The notes under the pieces were generated by a model, which had not been told where the DNA came from, made no database searches, and saw nothing but the letters and a program-made list of their open reading frames with translations. Shown one piece after another: positions 16,229 to 40,428 of a stretch of DNA of 64,000 nt (positions are counted from its first letter, which is position 1; every line of letters begins with the position of its first letter). Source of the stretch: Salpingoeca rosetta (lineage: Eukaryota; Protista; Choanoflagellata); NCBI GenBank assembly GCA_033442325.1, contig JAWQFM010000016.1:31540-95539 (forward strand). Reading direction: 5' to 3'. A program made the position numbers and the translations under genes.

Positions 16229-16703
16229 GCACACCTGTGATGACGTGAAGGTGGATGGGCAAGGACCGGTGCAGGAGGATGCTCTTGAGCATGGTTCGCA
16301 GGTGCGCTGACTGCGCGTAGCCGACGGAGACGGCGGCCAAGTGAACGGTATCACAGCCACCGGGAGGAAGGCCATGGCTGATCACCAGCTTGCGAACCAC
16401 TGCCGTGTCTGGTTCACCCACTTGCGCAAACCCAAACAGCCCTGACCGCCCTCCAGCAGCACCGCTGTCGCCGTCACCAGCCACATCAAGGCTGCCATCC
16501 TCGCCGATGCCCACACGACGTCGTCGCCGAGCACCAGTGTGCCCACTGCCACCACTCTGACGGGCCCAGCCCGTGAACCACGTCTTGTGTTGTGGAGGAC
16601 GAGGAGCAAGCAGCATCACCACGCTTCCAGCCACAAGCAGCACCAGTGCCAGTGACACAAGCGTGCCCCCGCCGCACCTGCGGCGAAGCCCAGCAATCCT
16701 CAT
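12800..16703 (-). CDS. LARGE: LARGE-like bifunctional xylosyl/glucuronyltransferase (GT8 + GT49), type II membrane protein; spans an N gap
   Basis: N-terminal TM segment. GT8 motifs: CDTVHLAAV, LKSILLHR, SHYSGQYPLLKLLLP, VIALDTD, ALADQDIINAV, CVWNFQLSEH. GT49 motifs: ITLVTHFTLDRLQ, WQGPISAA, YPINRLRN, FLHLDVDF, ALVVPAFE, FLGFGWNKVSHI, HTPH. Confidence 0.92.
15430..15529. other. Assembly gap (100 N) inside the LARGE-like gene
   Basis: Run of n; probably hides a GT8 exon. Confidence 1.
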
Positions 16704-16958
16704 CCCTCCGTCTCTCTCGGTCGCCCTCCTTCAATCAACGCAACGCAATGCACCCGTCACTTGCTGTGTCCCCCCCGTGTTGTCTCGCATGGCACACACA
16801 GGCACACGCACATGCACACACGCACTCGAGACCTGTCGCAGCCACAAAGAAAGCAAGCCACCAACCACGCTCGCTCACTCTCGCTTGCTTGCTTGCTTGG
16901 TTCGTGCGAGTCCTGCTTCCTCTCCTTTTTGTGCTGTTTGGTCTTGAAAGCACACACT

Positions 16959-16993
<35 letters not shown>

Positions 16994-17163
16994 TGCGATT
17001 TCCGCCCATTTCCCTCTTGCTGTGCAACTGCCTGCTTGCTTGCTCGCTCGACTCGACTTGTAACACTTGCCACCGCTGTTGAACGACGACGTCAAAGATA
17101 GCGACAACACTGCTGCGAAGTGTGCTGAGAGTGCCCTCTGTTATCCGCTCGGCACGGTGCACA

Positions 17164-22297
<5,134 letters not shown>

Positions 22298-22724
22298 TTG
22301 TGAGCACACGCACTCGCGTGCTGTGTACTCATCACGCCAGCAGTGTGCACTCCATCACGCTGCACCCCCACCCCCTCACACAGTTCTTGTTCGTCTGCAC
22401 CTCTCCCCTGCCCACCATCGAGATGTGTTTGTAGCCTTGTATCCTTGCTTGTTTGTTGCTCCTTGACGTGACGATTCGTTCAACAGCCGGTGCGGTGCGA
22501 AAACTGTTGCGCATCGCCGGCTTTGCGTGTATTGCTGGTTGTGATGTGTGATGTTGTGCGTGTGGGCGGTGGGCAACCACGTCTGCCCGCAAGCGTGGTC
22601 ACACCAGCCGTCTTACGCCCAAGTACACACGTCACAGCCAACACCGTCCACTGCTGTCCTCTTTCCTTTCGTCAAACACAAACAAACCAACTGCGGATTG
22701 CACCAACTTTCCACAACAACAACG

Positions 22725-23704
22725 ATGATGCTGACGATGATGGTGGGGAGCAGGCGCTGTTGCTTGCTTGCATGGCGTACATGTGGGCGTGCTGCTGGTG
22801 GAGCTGTCGCTGGGGCGTGCAGGCACCAAGCAGGTGAGCAGAGAGCGCAGGTGGTGCGCCATCTACAAACGCAGGCAGCGGCACGGGCCGCGTGGAGAAT
22901 ACAAGGCAGAAGGAGAGCTGTCTTCAACACGCGCTCACTGACAGTCAGCACAGCGGCATGGAGGGCGCAAGACGCATCCACAACAACCGTCAAGACGGCG
23001 TCAACGGAGGACCAATCAGCGCTGGACGGGCCATCCAAAGTCTCTCAGTTCAAGCGGTGTGTATGTGTGTGCGTGTGTGTGTGTATGTGTGTCTGTTTGT
23101 GTGTGCATGTGCGTGAGAGTGAGAGAGAGAGAGAGTGTGTGTGTGTGTGTATGTGTGTGTGTGCGTGCGTGTGTGTGTGTGCATGTGTCGCGCACTGTTG
23201 TTGCACTTGTTGTGATTCTTGCACTCTATGTGCACCTTGTGCTCTTCGTGCTCCTTGTCACGGTGATCCATTAATGCTTGCGGTGCTGGCTGCCCCCTCC
23301 ATCTGCTCACAGGATCCTTGAGTTGGCGCAGCACGAGAAGGCGCTGCTGCTAGGGTCGCTCGGCTTGCTTGTGGGATCATCCAGCATCACGCTCGCGCTG
23401 CCGAAGCTGATGGGTGTTGTACTGGACATTGCGCTTGATCCAGTCGCCTCTGTCTCCACCAGCACCCTCTCCTTTGGGCTGCTTGGCCTCTTCGGGGCAC
23501 AGGCCGTCATGATGTTGAGTCGGCTGGCCATGCAGCTGGTCGCTGGCGAGCGCATCTCAGCCAGGTAGCGAGGGTTAGCAAGGATATGACTGCGATGGTG
23601 TGTGATGGTATGATTGTGTGTGTATATGTGTGTGTATGTATGTGTGTATGTGTATGTGTTTGTGCATGTGTGTGTGTGTTTGTGCGTCTGTGTGTATGTG
23701 TGTA

Positions 23705-23759
<55 letters not shown>

Positions 23760-24091
23760 CTGTGCGTATGTGACTCATGCGCGCGGGTGTGTCCCCACGC
23801 CCCTTTCTTTGTCCATGCAATCAACTCGCTCCAGGTTGCGCCAGTCTGTCTTTGAGGCGCTGATGCGACGCCAGACCTCCTTCTTCGACGTCACCCCGAC
23901 CGGCGAGCTGACCAACAGGCTCAGCGCAGACTGCCTCCTCCTCCAGAAGACCATCACATCAAGTCTCTCACAAGGTGCGAACGTGGTGGTACGTTATGCC
24001 TCTGAGTGCCTGTGGTGGAGCATGGGTGGAATGGAGTGCACTGCATGATTGCCTCCCCGTACTCTTTGCTGTTCATTCAAATTACACTTCA

Positions 24092-24174
<83 letters not shown>

Positions 24175-26554
24175 TGTGTGTTCACATCTTGACGTTGACA
24201 GGCGTGCGGAGCGGGATGCTGGCGCTCGGGTCCATCGGGATGATGATGCACACGTCACCGCAGCTCCTGGGCCTCGCACTCATCGCCCTTCCTCCACTCG
24301 CCGGCACAGCCGTCTACCTTGGGCGGTGAGCGAACAGCGCGTCGCAATGTTGCGATGAATGCAAAGGACACAGAGACACATGAAGTGTGCTTCGACGCCT
24401 GTACCTGTCATCCGAGCATGCAAGCGCACAGTCCATGCAAGCGCACACACGTCCACACGCACCCCTGCTGCCTGTTTCCTTCCATTTGTTCATTCCCTCT
24501 TTCGTTCATGTCTTCAACACCACCGCGTGAGGGATTGTCAGGCGCATGAAGCGGCGGCAGGAGCAGGTGCAGCAGAAGTTGGCAGACTCGACCGCGCTGG
24601 CAACAGAGGTGCTCGCAAACATCAGGGTTGTCCGTGAATTTGCATCGGAGAGGCACGAAATCAGCAGGTTTGTCCACGTGCTCATGCTGTGTTGGTGGTG
24701 CGGCTTGCCGTGTGATGCCATGTAGTGCTGGACTTGCTTTGCTACTTCTGTGACACACACACACACCCACACATACACACACACCATATCAGGTACGGTG
24801 AGCGCGTGTCCGCCGTGAAGCGAGACGGCATCAAAGTCGGACTTCTTCAGTCTCTCATGGACTCAAGCATCTTCCTCGGTCAGTGCATCCTCTGTTTTGT
24901 GTATGCGTGTATTGTGTGTGTGTGTGTGTGTGCAAATTGTGTGCGTGCACAACCTCTCGCTGCGTCCTATTCCAGCTTGTTGTACCCGCGCTCTCTGCCA
25001 TCGCACATTACACATCTCAGCCAAAGCCCCACCCCTGCCTGCGTCGTGCACGGGTTGTCCAACAGGTGCGAATGTGGGCCTCATCGCGGTGATGGCGTAC
25101 GGGTCGCAGCTCGTTACAGAAGGCGCAATCACCGCTGGCGATCTCACGTCGTTCCTCATGTACAGGTGAGGCGCAAGTCAAGACTGCTGCTCTCCCTGCT
25201 TTATCCTCCTCGTCGGTGTTAGAAATATATTCTCGTTGCCTCCCGTTCGGTCTCACAAACGCAAATACACACACATTCACACACACACGCACATTGACAC
25301 ACACACACGTGCAGCGTGTATCTTGGCGTGCATGCTGGCTCGCTGTCGAATGTTGGCGCGGACTTCATGCGGAGCCTGGGTGCATCGCAGAAGCTGTTTC
25401 AACTGCTGGACGCCAGCGTCGATGACACATCCACGCTCTCCTCGCAGTTCAAGCCCATTCGATTCACGGACCGCATTCAGTTCAGCAACGTGCACTTTGC
25501 GTACCCGTCACGCCCCACCGTCCCTGTTCTGACCGACTTCAACCTCACCATCCACCGCGGTGAGACAGTTGCACTCGTGGGCGCGAGCGGCAGCGGCAAG
25601 TCCACCGTTGCCCGTCTTCTAACGCGCCTGTACCACGTCGACCACGGCGCCATCACCCTCGATGGGCAGGACATTCGCACCATCGATGTTGGCGGTCTGC
25701 GCGCGTGTGTGGGCGTGGTCCCACAGGAGCCGGCCTTGTTCTCCGCAACGCTTCGCGAAAACATTGCATACGGGTGCCCTGATGCAACGCAGCAGCAGAT
25801 TGAAGATGCGGCAGAACGCGCAAATGCCCTCGACTTTATCCACGCCCTGCCCAACGGGTGAGACTGAGTGCTCTGTACATTTGCGTTGTGTGTGTGCATG
25901 TGTGCATTTGTGTGTGTGTGTGTGCATGTGTGTGTGCGTATGTGTAAACGCATGTGCATGTGCATGTGTATGTGTGCATATGTGTAAACGCATGTGCATG
26001 TGCATGTGCATGTGCATGTGTGTGTGACCCTGTCGCTTGGAACCCTCGTGTCTGCTTGATGTGTATTCTGCTGACCTGTTTGCCACGCCTTGATTTCATC
26101 ATCACCCGTCACACCTCCTTGCTTACCTTCCCCCCCCCCCATCACCCGCTCCACATCCATCACCAGGTTTGAAACGGAGGTTGGCGAGCGTGGGGTGTCG
26201 CTGAGCGGCGGCCAGAAGCAGCGCATCGCCATTGCCCGCGCCCTCGTCCGCAACCCGCAGCTGCTCATCTTGGACGAGGCAACATCGGCACTGGACGCAA
26301 CCAGCGAGGCCGGCGTGCACAAGGCGCTCGTCAACGCCACGCGCGGGCGGACGGCGGTGGTGATTGCGCACCGCCTCTCCACCATCCTCAACGCAGACAC
26401 CATCGCTGTGGTGGACGAGGGAGGGATTGTTGAGCAGGGCACGTTTACGCAGCTGATGCAGCGCAATGGCCAGTTTGCACAGCTCATTGCACACCAGCAC
26501 GAGGCGACGACGGAAGGATTTGCACCGTTCACAGACACTTCAGCAACCAGATGA
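22725..26554 (+). CDS. ABCB10: Mitochondrial ABC half-transporter, ABCB10/MDL1-like
   Basis: Arg/Ala-rich presequence-like N-terminus. ABC membrane domain: [31 protein letters not shown]: VHFAYPSRP, Walker [48 protein letters not shown]. Start codon is approximate. Confidence 0.88.
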
Positions 26555-27350
26555 ACGTCTCGTGTGTGAGTGTGTGGGTGTGAGTGTGGGTGTATGAGTG
26601 AGAGTGTGTGTGAGAGAGAGAGAGAGTGTGTGTGTGTGTGTGGGTGAGTGTGTGAGCGAGTCTGTGTGAACGAGTCTGTGTGTGTGTGTGTGAGTGTGTG
26701 CGTGTGCGTGCGTGCGTGTGAGTGCGTTGTCTGGTCGTTGCTGTGTGTCTTAAATCACACATGCTGGGCATTGGGTGTGTTTGTGCAGCTAGGATAAGGC
26801 ACTGCTCATCGACAGTGCAATGCATTACACTAAATGAAGGCTCAGTTTTCACATGGCTTTTGTAATGGAAACGGCAACTACAAATGCAGAACATCCAAGA
26901 AAAGCACAGTCAGGCGACAAAGGCGAACATGTGACGTGCGAGACACACGCACCCACGTGTGGGTGCTCGAAGCAACAAGCGAGAAGACACATGAGGGAAG
27001 GCAAACAGAAAATGAAGCAACGAAACAAACTCCGTGGTGATGGTGGTGGTGCAGCAAGTGAACGTAGGAGGAGAAGGAGGGTATCAATCCTTGCCCCTGC
27101 AGAACCAGCGGCAGAGACGACAACTCGACAGGCAGCAGCAACTTGCAACGCATCCCTCACACGCGCACACGCGCACACGCGGCAAGCGGTTACAGTACGC
27201 CCATACAGTCAGCAAAGACAAAGCAAAGAAAGAGAACAGCGGGCAAACGTCAACAACAACAACAACAGCGGTAGTGTGCCAGTGTGTGTGTGTGTGTGCG
27301 TGTGTGTGTGCGTTTGTGTGTTTGTTCGTATGTGCGTCATGGGCGTCATC

Positions 27351-33766
<6,416 letters not shown>

Positions 33767-34407
33767 GGTGGCGGTCTCAACGGCGAACACGTCTCAAAAA
33801 CACAAGCAGTTGCGCTACGAGCTTGCTGCTTCCTGCGAATGAAACGGCGAGACACGCAACACAAAGTAAAGCAAGTCGTGGTGGTTGGTGTGTTGTTCGT
33901 GTTGTGTATTGTTGTGTATTGTTGTGTGTTGTTGTGCATGCGTGTGTGTGAGTCAAAGCATGGGTTGAACACTACCACCACCAGCACCAGCAACAGCATG
34001 CCAGCGACGACAAGAACATCCACGACGACACACCACCACTCTTCCTCCCTCCACGCCCCGTCACCTCACAAACAAAACAACAACAAGCACAAAGCGTCGC
34101 GTCTTCCACACACCAGGCAGGCACGGAAAAGTGATGTAAATGGTTCGTAGATTATCGCGCCACACCGAAAATACCTTTTTGTTGCTTTTGATTCGATGTT
34201 GTTGCAACGTTCAAAAGTCGCGCGAACACTTCGCTGACTTCCCGCCATTTTCCCGCCAGCAAGCAGCGTCGAACACCAAACACCCGCACACAAACACATA
34301 CACACAGACCCACGTACACACACACAAACACCCACACACACACCCGCACACACACACACGCACATCTCGCCCTCTCCCTTCCGCCACACATACACACACA
34401 GACAGGA

Positions 34408-36360
34408 ATGACGGGCCCTGGCGCTGGCTTCCAGTGGGAATTGGTGGCCGTGCACCTGGAGCATGATCCGCGATCGCTGTTCAAGCTGATGCAGACATGC
34501 CACGAGCTGCTGGAGGACATGCCCCTGCGGCTTCCGAAATGGCTGCTGGCGGCCGCGTTCAAGAAGCCCGGCGCCAACAGCGCCTTTGCGCAGCTCGGCG
34601 GCGGTGACTGGGAGAGGCAGCGCTTCCTCGTGCACTCGTGGCTCGGCGCGCTGTGGAGCTCCTCCTGCCCTGCCCTGACCACGGTGGACCCGCTCAAGGC
34701 CCGCACGCACGTGCGGCTGTTCCTGACCAAGGTGCCGCCAAAAGCCAAGCAGTGGACGCAGGTCCCCAAACCAGCCCAGCTCTCCCTGCAGACGCGCGTG
34801 CTGCCGCAAAACTGGGCCGACGTGGAGGCTCTCTTGGCGTCTGTCGTGCAGGGCGGCGGCCAGCTCGGCACGTTGCAGCTCACCATCGCTGGCACCTTCG
34901 CCGAACTCACCGTCCCCGCATGCGAGAAGCTCCGCCTGTGCATCTCCGGCACGGTCGACGCCCTCACCGTACAGGGCGCAGACGACATCGTGGTGAACGC
35001 CACCGGCAAGAAGCCGGGCTGCGTGAAGGCGTGTACCGTCTCAAACGTGCGCCTGGCCACTGTCGAGCTGCCGCCAACCACCACCAGCCTCTCCTTCCCC
35101 ACCGGCGTCACGTCTGTCTTTGTCGAGTGCACTGCGCCAGGCCTTGACATCTCCACGCTGCGCAGCGCCGCCTCCGCAAACCTGAGGCTCTCGCAGACCA
35201 CCGACGTGTCCCCGCTGTCCAGCGTGACGGGCTCCCTGGCCCTGCAAGGTGGCGCGCTGCCTGCTGCGACAGAGGTCACCCTCAACGCCCGCCGCGTTAC
35301 TTTGCTGAACTGCCCTGCAGTGAAAGGTGCGCTGGTACTCCCCAACGCCACGCACGTTGAGCTGCGCAACCACGCGTGCCGCAGCATCACCTGCAAGCGG
35401 CACCTGAACGTGCTCAGGGTGACATACGACGAATTTCTCTACAACCCACCCCTGCCAGTCGTGGTGCCTGTCCTGCCCAGCGCAGAGAAGGTGCACCTGA
35501 GCGGGCACCACTTTTGCAACTCGGCCAAGGACATTGCCGCCATCGCCAAGACGTCCACCGACGTGTGCGTGCGCACTTCAGGGGACCCGCGACGCCTGGC
35601 GTCTGCTGCCATTCGCGCCAAGAAGGGCAACCTGCACGTGTTCTACGAAGGCCCCTGGGAGCACTTTGGGGTGGTCAAGGGGCTGGAGGGCTCGCGGCTG
35701 TTCGTGCCCAACTCCAAGGCGCGCGGGCTGCTGAAGATGGCACCGTGGCTGAAGGAGGTGACGGTGACGTGGAGCAGACTCCGATCCATCGACGTCAGCG
35801 CAATGCCGCTGCTGCGCTCGCTCACATGCAAGGGGTCGCCGATGGCCAAGGTGCAGGGGCTGGCCACGCTGCAGCACTTGGAGCGGCTGCACCTCACGTG
35901 CGTGTACCTCGACTCTGACACAATCACGTGCAAGGAGGTCACGCTGAGTGACTGCGCCGGGTCCGCGACGGTCAACGACGCTGACGAGGTGGACGTGGTT
36001 GAGGGCGAGGGCGTGAGCTTCAAGCTCACAAACGTGAAGCGCCTGCACTACAAGGCGAAGAAGAGCAAGTTCTGTTGGCGTGTGGACATCAAGTCGGCAA
36101 CCAACGTGGGCACGGTGGAGTACGAAAGCGTCGTTGACCCGCCCATTGCCAACATGCAGGACGTGCAGCACCTTGTTCTCAAGGGATGCGCGCTGACCAA
36201 GACGGTGGCGGAGATTGCCGCGCAGGTGCAACAGGTCACCCTGCACAAGTGCACCGCCAAGGACGGCGGTGCAGCCATGCCCAATGGCACGTGGAAGCAG
36301 CCACAGCCAACGAACGCCATTGCACCCAGCGTGGCACCAGCCACAGACGTCAAGGCTTGA
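34408..36360 (+). CDS. Intronless 650-aa protein of unknown function; possible F-box-like N-terminus and degenerate LRR-like solenoid
   Basis: Uninterrupted ORF with coding-like codon usage and no microsatellites. N-terminus FQWELVAVHL...SLFKLMQTCHEL. LxxLxL-type segments MPLLRSLTCKG, LQHLERLHLTC, VQHLVLKGC. The CDS is well supported; the domain calls are weak. Confidence 0.8.
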   Translation: MTGPGAGFQWELVAVHLEHDPRSLFKLMQTCHELLEDMPLRLPKWLLAAAFKKPGANSAFAQLGGGDWERQRFLVHSWLGALWSSSCPALTTVDPLKARTHVRLFLTKVPPKAKQWTQVPKPAQLSLQTRVLPQNWADVEALLASVVQGGGQLGTLQLTIAGTFAELTVPACEKLRLCISGTVDALTVQGADDIVVNATGKKPGCVKACTVSNVRLATVELPPTTTSLSFPTGVTSVFVECTAPGLDISTLRSAASANLRLSQTTDVSPLSSVTGSLALQGGALPAATEVTLNARRVTLLNCPAVKGALVLPNATHVELRNHACRSITCKRHLNVLRVTYDEFLYNPPLPVVVPVLPSAEKVHLSGHHFCNSAKDIAAIAKTSTDVCVRTSGDPRRLASAAIRAKKGNLHVFYEGPWEHFGVVKGLEGSRLFVPNSKARGLLKMAPWLKEVTVTWSRLRSIDVSAMPLLRSLTCKGSPMAKVQGLATLQHLERLHLTCVYLDSDTITCKEVTLSDCAGSATVNDADEVDVVEGEGVSFKLTNVKRLHYKAKKSKFCWRVDIKSATNVGTVEYESVVDPPIANMQDVQHLVLKGCALTKTVAEIAAQVQQVTLHKCTAKDGGAAMPNGTWKQPQPTNAIAPSVAPATDVKA

Positions 36361-36385
36361 AACAGTGCTGGTGGACGAGTGTGGA

Positions 36386-36454
36386 GAGGGGAAACACTGT
36401 GTATGTTTAGGTGTTTTCTGAGGGGAAACACTGTGTATGTTTAGGTGTTTTCTG
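36386..36454. repeat. ~34-bp direct tandem duplication just 3' of the 650-aa ORF
   Basis: gaggggaaacactgtgtatgtttaggtgttttct occurs twice in tandem. Confidence 0.85.
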
Positions 36455-36833
36455 GCTGTATGTGGCTTGTGTTGCTGTTGTTCTTTCCGAGTCCTTGCTC
36501 GCCCACTGTTGTTCTTTCTAACTTGCTTCTCACTTCCTGCTGTTCTCTCCCATAAGTGCTCTGCTTTCTTTTTTTTTTTTTTTTCCTTAGCCAACCTTCA
36601 AAGCGAACTTGTGCGTGTGCGTGTGCGCGTGTGTATGAACACCTGATCGTCAGTCCGTCTCTGGTGTGTTGTCCCAGAAACGCGTTTGAATGAACCAATT
36701 GCGTTGTTTTACTTGCTCGCCATTACCTACATATGCACAAGCGGAGAGGGAGAACGAGAAACTTCGGGGGAGAAACAAAAGCAGACAGAGGAAGAGAAGC
36801 AGACGCATAGAGAGCGAGAGAGAGAGACAGACA

Positions 36834-36913
<80 letters not shown>

Positions 36914-37026
36914 GGGAGAGAGAGAGACAGAGACATACACACACACTCACACACTCACACACGCACAGATACAAACATACACAACCTGACACAGCCACAA
37001 ACTGATACAGACAGACACACACTGCA

Positions 37027-37129
37027 TTAGCGGCTGCTGGGCACGGGGTGCTTGCCGCCAGAGGTAAAGACGGGGTCCTCGGCGTGGGCACGGTATACGT
37101 GCGGCATCAGTCCTGCACACACAAACACA

Positions 37130-37227
<98 letters not shown>

Positions 37228-37260
37228 AGGGACAGGAAAGGTAAGCACTGGCGCACATGC

Positions 37261-37292
<32 letters not shown>

Positions 37293-38437
37293 ATGAGACG
37301 CCGTGCATGTAATGGGTTTGTGCGTGGTAGTCAGGTGCGGAGGAATGCAGGCAAGGGGCCTGACCAAAGTGCCGGCTGCGCTTGATGGCCTTTGCGATCT
37401 TGCGTTGTGCTTTGCTACAGAGACCTGTGGATGGGGTAAACACAAGTTGGCGGCACACGTGAGGTGCGTGATGAAAGAGGCAGGAAGCAGGAGGGTAACA
37501 TTGCAAGCGAAGGAACAAACACATGCATGACAAACACGCGCGAGAAGAACGAGCACGTGCACGCACCTGTGGATGACCGTCGGAGGATTTGTCCCGTCTG
37601 TGGAGACACAAACTGTGACAGGAAGCGAACATTCTGCACGCACAAGTACATTACACGTGTGTAAGCTCGAGGAACATCAAGTGTAGCGGCGGTTGCGTAG
37701 TCTCATTGCGTGGCCACTCATAAAGAATGCTCACACACGCATGCACATACACACACATGCGCACATACATCTTCACCATAGCTCAACACACATGTGCGCA
37801 CACGCGCACACACAAGCGCACGCACACACACACGCACCTTGTAGTCAATCTCCTCCTTGTAAGGGCAAGCGGGGCACCCCTGTGTCACCTCGCGCGCCGT
37901 TTCTGGAAGGTCGTGGCCACGAGCACCCCTGTTTGGCGTCGCCTCCATCACGGGCGCCCCTGTCGCAGGTGGATGTCGCATGCGGATGGATATGCGTGGG
38001 TATCCCGGGTCAACGACCGTGCTTGCCGTCTGCTCACTCCTTCACACGCAACATACAGGCTCACAAGAATGCAAACGCACACACACACACACACAGGCTC
38101 ACAAGAATGCAAACACACACACATGCAAACACACACAGAGGATCACACACGCACACACACACACACACAGGCTCACACTCACACACACACACATGCAAAC
38201 ACACCACACACACACACACATGCAAACGCACACACACACATGCAAACGCTCACATAAACGGACAGTCGTGGTACCTGTGTGAAGAGGTCTTTGGAATGTG
38301 TTGGATGTGCGAGACAAGGCAGCGAGTACACTGGGTGCTGGGCGAGCCAACGCAGCCGTTGCCGACGCCGCTGTGCCAGCTACAGCACCACGGCCAACCA
38401 TCGCTCGCCTCACAAGCTGCACACACGAGGGCAACAT
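37027..38437 (-). CDS. MRPS18C: Mitochondrial ribosomal protein S18 (bS18m, S18C-like), 5 exons
   Basis: Presequence MLPSCVQLVRRAM..., then CPACPYKEEIDYK|NVRFLSQFVSPQTGQILRRSST|GLCSKAQRKIAKAIKRSRHF|GLMP. Confidence 0.9.
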
Positions 38438-38543
38438 CGCCGTTCTTGTGCTCGTTCTTCTTGGGTGTGGATGAAGAGAATTGATGAATGATTTCACACA
38501 ACATTCTAGCCAAACAACAACAGCGAAGCACGGGCGAAGCGAC

Positions 38544-38848
38544 ATGGCGGAAACACAAACAGTGAACGTGGGTGCGGGCTGGAGCGAGGGCTCACTCTGC
38601 AGGTTGGTGGTGTGCTTAAAAGCTTGAAGAGGGCTTGTACGACAGCTGTGTCGATTATACGCATATGCTCACGTTTTGGTGCAACGATTGTGCTTTGTTG
38701 TTGCAGCGGCCCTGGCATGATTGTGGATGGCATTCTCAAATCCAAACGCAGATTCGTCGTTGTGGACGGCGACAACCAACGGGTGTGTGTGTGTGTACGC
38801 GCTCGTGTGTGTGTGTGTGTGCGTGTACGCGCTCGTGTGTGTGTGTGT

Positions 38849-38925
<77 letters not shown>

Positions 38926-39469
38926 CGTGTGTCAACCCGCGTGTGTGTTCTGTTTCCTTCACCTCCGTTTCTCTCTCTCTGCTTCCCTGTCGCATTCTGC
39001 CTCTCTTTTCACACACACACCACACCCACCACACAGCACAGGTACATGCGCTTGGACTTTGAGGTGCAAGGGGCGCTGGAACGCCAGTTTGAGGGCGGCG
39101 TGGAAGTAGAAGCGCTCTCCCATGTCACCACCAGAGTCCGCACAGGCCACCTCAACTCATCGTATGTGGTGCGTTTCTCACAGCACAGCTACAGCTCCTT
39201 GTTCCTCTCACCCCTCTCCTCTCTGCACACATTGGCCACAAGCATGGTTTGCCTTCTCCTCATTCTTCTGGCACCTCCTCTGTCTCCGCTGCTGCCACTG
39301 CAGTCGAAGACGGAGCGGTCGGACCGGGTGTCACAGGACGATGCCAAGAAGCGCATCAGCGCGAGCCAGGCCGCCATGAAGGTGGAGGCAACACGCTTTG
39401 CTGACGGCACCGCCTTTCTCGTCCCAGAACGCGTCATCTCCGGCAGTGATCTCCACGTGGTCTGTGCAA

Positions 39470-39500
<31 letters not shown>

Positions 39501-40160
39501 AATTTGTGTGTTTTTGTGTGTTTTTGTGTGTTTTTGTGTGTGTGTGTGTTTGTTTGTGTTTGCGATTTGTATGTGCGTCCGCGAGTAAGAGATAGAGAGA
39601 ACGAGAGAGAGAGAGAGAGAGTGTGTGTGTGTATAATTGCGTTGTCTGCGCCTGTTCAGCGTCAGTGCCAGGTCCGTAGTCTTGCCGCTGCCACACTCAT
39701 GTTGACTCCAACTCATCTCAATGCTGGCAATCCTCAGGGGGATCACTTCCGCTTCCGCACACATGGCGATTCCTGTTTCATTGGTTAGTCCAGATATCAA
39801 TTGCACACACGCACACACGCACACTGTATGTGCATGTCGTCCGCTGTGCAGCATTTTTCCGAACCTCCCAACCCCTCTCCTTCTCCACACACCCCCCCTC
39901 CCCTCCCTCAACCTCACACAATCCCCTTGTTGTCCTGACCACCGCTGCCCGCGCGCGTGCGCATGTGTGCAGAGTCGCTCGGCGTGGTGGACCGGCTGAC
40001 AAAGGCGGTGACCAACTTCTCTGGCACGAGCGGCGAGGCAGATGTTGGCGACACGTGGGCAGGCAAGATCATGGCAAACAAGGCAACCAAGGAGTACATT
40101 CCTGGTGATGACTTGGAGGGCGTGGACTCGGACGAGTGGGACGACGACGACGACGACTGA
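38544..40160 (+). CDS. ARPIN: Arpin (Arp2/3 complex inhibitor), ~6 exons
   Basis: GPGMIVDGIL, TTRVRTGHLNSS, TAFLVPE, FRFRTHGDSCFIESL, VGDTWAGKIMANK and acidic tail GVDSDEWDDDDD* parallel the Arpin motifs GNGVLLEGEL, TRKVNTGFLMSS, VAFWMPE, VRLKTRGDGPFLDSL, GASWTDNIMAQK and GAEDEEWDD. Confidence 0.9.
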
Positions 40161-40428
40161 GATGTGTGTGTGTGTGTTTGTTTGTTTGTTTGTGTTTCTG
40201 CTCGTTTGTCCTGTTTGTATGCTCGTTTGTCCTGTTGACTGACTGATTGTCTTAGCTGAACGTATGTTTACAATGTAAAGAAGCAAGCAAAACAGCAAGT
40301 CCTCTCCTGCTCTCTTCCTTGCGCTGTCCCCCCCCCCCAGCCAACAGCCCCGCTTAGCCAACCAGCCCACCACCCCTCTATCCGCCAACCAAATCAACCA
40401 CCACCAATGACAACCACCACCGCCACCG

